NCBI GenBank assembly: GCA_964617525.1
Contig: CAZTWG010000003.1
Span: 16,402-24,672, forward strand
Source: an uncultured Gammaproteobacteria bacterium
GTDB lineage: Bacteria > Patescibacteriota > Patescibacteriia > UBA2591 > UBA6264
Direction of reading: 5' to 3'
DNA length: 8,271 nt
Shown here one piece after another: positions 6,313-8,271 of the stretch. Within the stretch, counting starts at the first letter, position 1. Each line of letters starts with the position of its first letter. Made by a program: the position numbers and the translations under genes. The notes under the pieces are model-generated. The model did not search any database, was not told the DNA's origin, and saw only the letters and a list, made by a program, of their open reading frames with translations.

Positions 6313-7053
6313 TCAATCTGTTAGCTTAATGTATAATAATCCAAAATATTCATGAAAAGCCAAATTAACATTCCTTAAGTTTTGTGCGCAAGGAAAGAAA
6401 TCTAATAGATTGTAGTCACTGTATCTTGGCTCTAATTTATCTTTATTAAATCTTTTCTGAACTTTGAAATCAGTAGGAGCAGGCAGGGGATTGGTCTTTT
6501 CTCTTTCAAAGAGTATCATAGAGCGAGGCATATGATATGCAGATGTTATTAGAAAAAATTCTTCTGTATTTAGGATTTCTTTAATGTTTTTAGCGCTTTC
6601 TCCTGTAGTTCTTGATTTTTTCTCTAATATTATATTCTCTGCGTTTAATCCTTGTTTAATTAAATGGTTTTTCAGTTTTAACGCCTCTGTTTTTTCCTTG
6701 TTAAGAAACATCTGTCCAGTAATGATAATTTGTATTTTTGGGTTTAAAGAAGCTAATCTTATTGCCTCAGTCCCTCTCAAAATATCGCTTTCTGGCTCGC
6801 CCAAAAGCAAAACAGCCTTATTTGTTTTAGAAATTTGCTCATTATCTATTTGTCTATATTTATTCTCTAGGGGAGCGATGATTAGGTCAGAAATAGGGGA
6901 TGTAGAGAGAGAATAATATAATATAAGTCCGAGAATGACGAGGATTGTCCCAATTCTTTTTTTCTTTAATAAAAAAATAAAACCAATCAAAAGGATTACA
7001 AAAATGAAAACACTTGGTGATAAAAATTGTTGAATAATTTTAAATAATATCAT
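6313..7053 (-). CDS. YdcF/ElyC/SanA-type DUF218 membrane protein (envelope biogenesis-associated family)
   Basis: Two N-terminal hydrophobic helices (LSPSVFIFVILLIGFIFLL; IGTILVILGLILYYSL), then a DUF218-like domain with the diagnostic FFLITSAYHMPRSMILFE motif and KAVLLLGEPESD / IIITGQ segments. Confidence 0.85.
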   Translation of the reverse strand: MILFKIIQQFLSPSVFIFVILLIGFIFLLKKKRIGTILVILGLILYYSLSTSPISDLIIAPLENKYRQIDNEQISKTNKAVLLLGEPESDILRGTEAIRLASLNPKIQIIITGQMFLNKEKTEALKLKNHLIKQGLNAENIILEKKSRTTGESAKNIKEILNTEEFFLITSAYHMPRSMILFEREKTNPLPAPTDFKVQKRFNKDKLEPRYSDYNLLDFFPCAQNLRNVNLAFHEYFGLLYIKLTD

Positions 7054-7082
7054 TTTAAAATCGCAATATCTATTAATTGTTC

Positions 7083-7138
7083 TAAGTTAGTACTAACTTA
7101 CTACAAGTTATGTTGCAAGTTAGTACTAACTTGCAACA
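7083..7138. promoter_or_regulatory. Two copies of a perfect palindrome with core AAGTTAGTACTAACTT; operator-like or RNA hairpin element between the Nudix and ydcF-like genes
   Basis: Copy 1 is TAAGTTAGTACTAACTTA at 7083-7100, an 18-bp perfect palindrome. Copy 2 is TGTTGCAAGTTAGTACTAACTTGCAACA at 7111-7138, a 28-bp perfect palindrome. The 16-bp cores are identical and start 34 bp apart. An extra AAGTTA half-site lies at 7105-7110. Copy 1 ends 30 nt upstream of the ydcF-like ATG (7053). Confidence 0.6.
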
Positions 7139-7182
7139 AAAGAGAGTAAGAGTCAATAAATTAAGAGTGGGCAACTTCGTGG

Positions 7183-7617
7183 TCAAAACAATTCTTTTTT
7201 ATGCTTTATAATAAAATCTCTTTGTGCTTTTATCATATTCTTAGGCATGTTCTCAAATAGCTTATATTTTTTGTCTTTCTTTTCAGAAAGGTTCTTATTT
7301 TTTAATTTTACTAAAAAGGCAATTCCAATTGGTTGGTCAAAATATTTAGGAAAATTATATTCAATAACACCTAACATTTTTTGAATTTCTACATTTTCTT
7401 CCATTTCTTCCTTTGCTATTCTTTTCACAGCGCCTTCAAGATTTTCTCCTTTCAATACTGTGCCTCCAGGTATATGCCATTTGCCTATTGCTGGGGGAAT
7501 ATCTCTTTTGGATAAAGCTATTTCTTTATTTATCAACAAAACTACCTCAACGCATAGCCGAGGCACAGTTGAATAGATTCTCTTATATTCCTTAAATGGT
7601 ATTTTTTTTACTTTCAT
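7183..7617 (-). CDS. Nudix hydrolase, GDP-mannose mannosyl hydrolase (WcaH/Gmm)-like
   Basis: Nudix box variant GGTVLKGENLEGAVKRIAKEEMEENV (G-x5-E-x7-R..xEE). The upstream part IPFKEYKRIYSTVPRLCVEVVLLINKEIALSKRDIPPAIGKWHIPGG parallels the WcaH pattern (f..vv..tPl.s.d.iv......lL.kR...Pa.G.W.vPGG). The ATG at 7617 is 1 nt after the NYN gene stop. Confidence 0.85.
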   Translation of the reverse strand: MKVKKIPFKEYKRIYSTVPRLCVEVVLLINKEIALSKRDIPPAIGKWHIPGGTVLKGENLEGAVKRIAKEEMEENVEIQKMLGVIEYNFPKYFDQPIGIAFLVKLKNKNLSEKKDKKYKLFENMPKNMIKAQRDFIIKHKKELF

Positions 7618-7618
7618 T

Positions 7619-8170
7619 TTATATCACTTTAAATTTTTCTATATCGTCTAAAGAGAATAATTTTGATAGTGTAGCATATTTTTGTATACCCAAAGAAGGT
7701 TGATGAGAAAATCCAATATATTCAATTTTTTTAGATTTAAATTTTACATATTTTATAGCTGGGATTAAATCAGTGTCAGAGCTAACTAAAATGGCAGTAT
7801 CGTAGTGATTTTCAATTGCTCCAATAATTAAATCAATAGCTATTTTAACGTCCGTGCCTTTTTCTCTTATTTTTCCTTTATCATATATTATTCGTCCGCG
7901 TTTTATTACAAATCCATCATTTTGAATTTTAGCAAGAAATTTTTGTTGTCCTTTTACTAAATTTTGACTGATTTCACTATTATCAAAATTTCTCATAATA
8001 CCAGTATAATATCTTTTGGAAATACATTTTCTTTCGCCCATTAGATGATGGACAAAAGCATTGAAATCAAATTTTATCCCTTTCGGAAAACTAATTTCTT
8101 TATCTTTCAAATAATTATAGAAATTACTTCCGTCAATATATATGCAAACTTTTTCTTGTTTTTTTGAAAT
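7619..8170 (-). CDS. NYN domain (LabA/DUF88-like, PIN-related nuclease fold) protein; start uncertain (TTG 8110 from the ORF track, versus ATT 8170 or ATA 8176)
   Basis: NYN hallmarks: GTDVKIAIDLIIGAIENHYDTAILVSSDTDLIPAIKYVK and KKIEYIGF. The frame is open upstream of TTG 8110 to TAA 8191..8189 and encodes RLKFIKISKKQEKVCIYIDGSNFYNY. KVCIYIDGSNFY is the first NYN strand with the conserved metal-binding Asp, so the real start must lie upstream of 8149. The only candidates are ATA (8176..8174) and ATT (8170..8168). Confidence 0.85.
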   Translation of the reverse strand: MSKKQEKVCIYIDGSNFYNYLKDKEISFPKGIKFDFNAFVHHLMGERKCISKRYYTGIMRNFDNSEISQNLVKGQQKFLAKIQNDGFVIKRGRIIYDKGKIREKGTDVKIAIDLIIGAIENHYDTAILVSSDTDLIPAIKYVKFKSKKIEYIGFSHQPSLGIQKYATLSKLFSLDDIEKFKVI

Positions 8171-8271
8171 TTTTATAAATTTTAAGCGTTATAACAAAAA
8201 ACTGCCCTTACTAACGTTAAAAACATTGGTAGAGGCAGTGGTCATAGTGCTTATATTATATAATAATCTTT

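Noticed and set aside
6584-6916. 110-aa plus-strand ORF inside the ydcF-like gene
   Set aside because: It is antisense to a DUF218 gene carrying the diagnostic YHMPRS motif. The peptide is hydrophobic and low-complexity with no family resemblance.
7413-7595. 60-aa plus-strand ORF inside the Nudix gene
   Set aside because: It is antisense to the Nudix box region and has no supporting features.
8195-8239. Hairpin ACTGCC...GGCAGT, followed on the minus strand by TTTTTTG, as a possible terminator of an upstream minus-strand gene; also considered as a tRNA or small RNA
   Set aside because: The outer stem is only 6 bp with a 27-nt interior whose extra pairings are A-C mismatches on the minus-strand RNA. 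There is no tRNA-like T-arm (GTTCGAATC-type) or cloverleaf. It is too weak to call from sequence alone.
1-8271. CRISPR arrays, rRNA/tRNA genes, IS elements, integrases and phage genes
   Set aside because: I found no spaced direct repeats of CRISPR type, no structured-RNA signatures, and no transposase or integrase-like ORFs or terminal inverted repeats on either strand.

Overview
AT-rich bacterial window with compact genes and no Shine-Dalgarno motifs. By inference it resembles a small-genome uncultivated lineage such as CPR/Patescibacteria, but I cannot verify taxonomy. It has two blocks. (1) Plus-strand housekeeping block: ftsK (5'-partial, frame open from nt 1), a RodZ-like HTH membrane protein, and recA. 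It ends at a perfect 14-bp bidirectional terminator hairpin (3855-3885). (2) Minus-strand accessory and envelope-flavoured block converging on that terminator. In transcription order: a NYN (LabA-like) nuclease-fold gene followed 1 nt later by a Nudix hydrolase; a twin-palindrome intergenic region; a YdcF/DUF218 membrane protein; a DUF5674-like gene overlapping (ATGA) a small helical protein; a Wzz-like polysaccharide co-polymerase; and a hicB/hicA-like pair. Hand translation found several things the ORF track misses. A HicA-like reading frame (3906-4136) is interrupted by an in-frame TAG. The 62-aa ORF is the N-terminal half of a roughly 110-aa gene broken by a 1-nt frame shift, with the rest running to 5608. 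Three genes have conserved N-terminal cores upstream of any ATG/GTG/TTG, each with an ATT/ATA codon where the start is expected. I saw no rRNA, tRNA, CRISPR array, transposase or integrase. No complete multi-gene novel system is demonstrable from sequence alone. The best leads are the decaying toxin-antitoxin remnant, the apparent non-canonical initiation, the twin palindromic operator-like sites, and the uncharacterised DUF5674-like/helical cassette.
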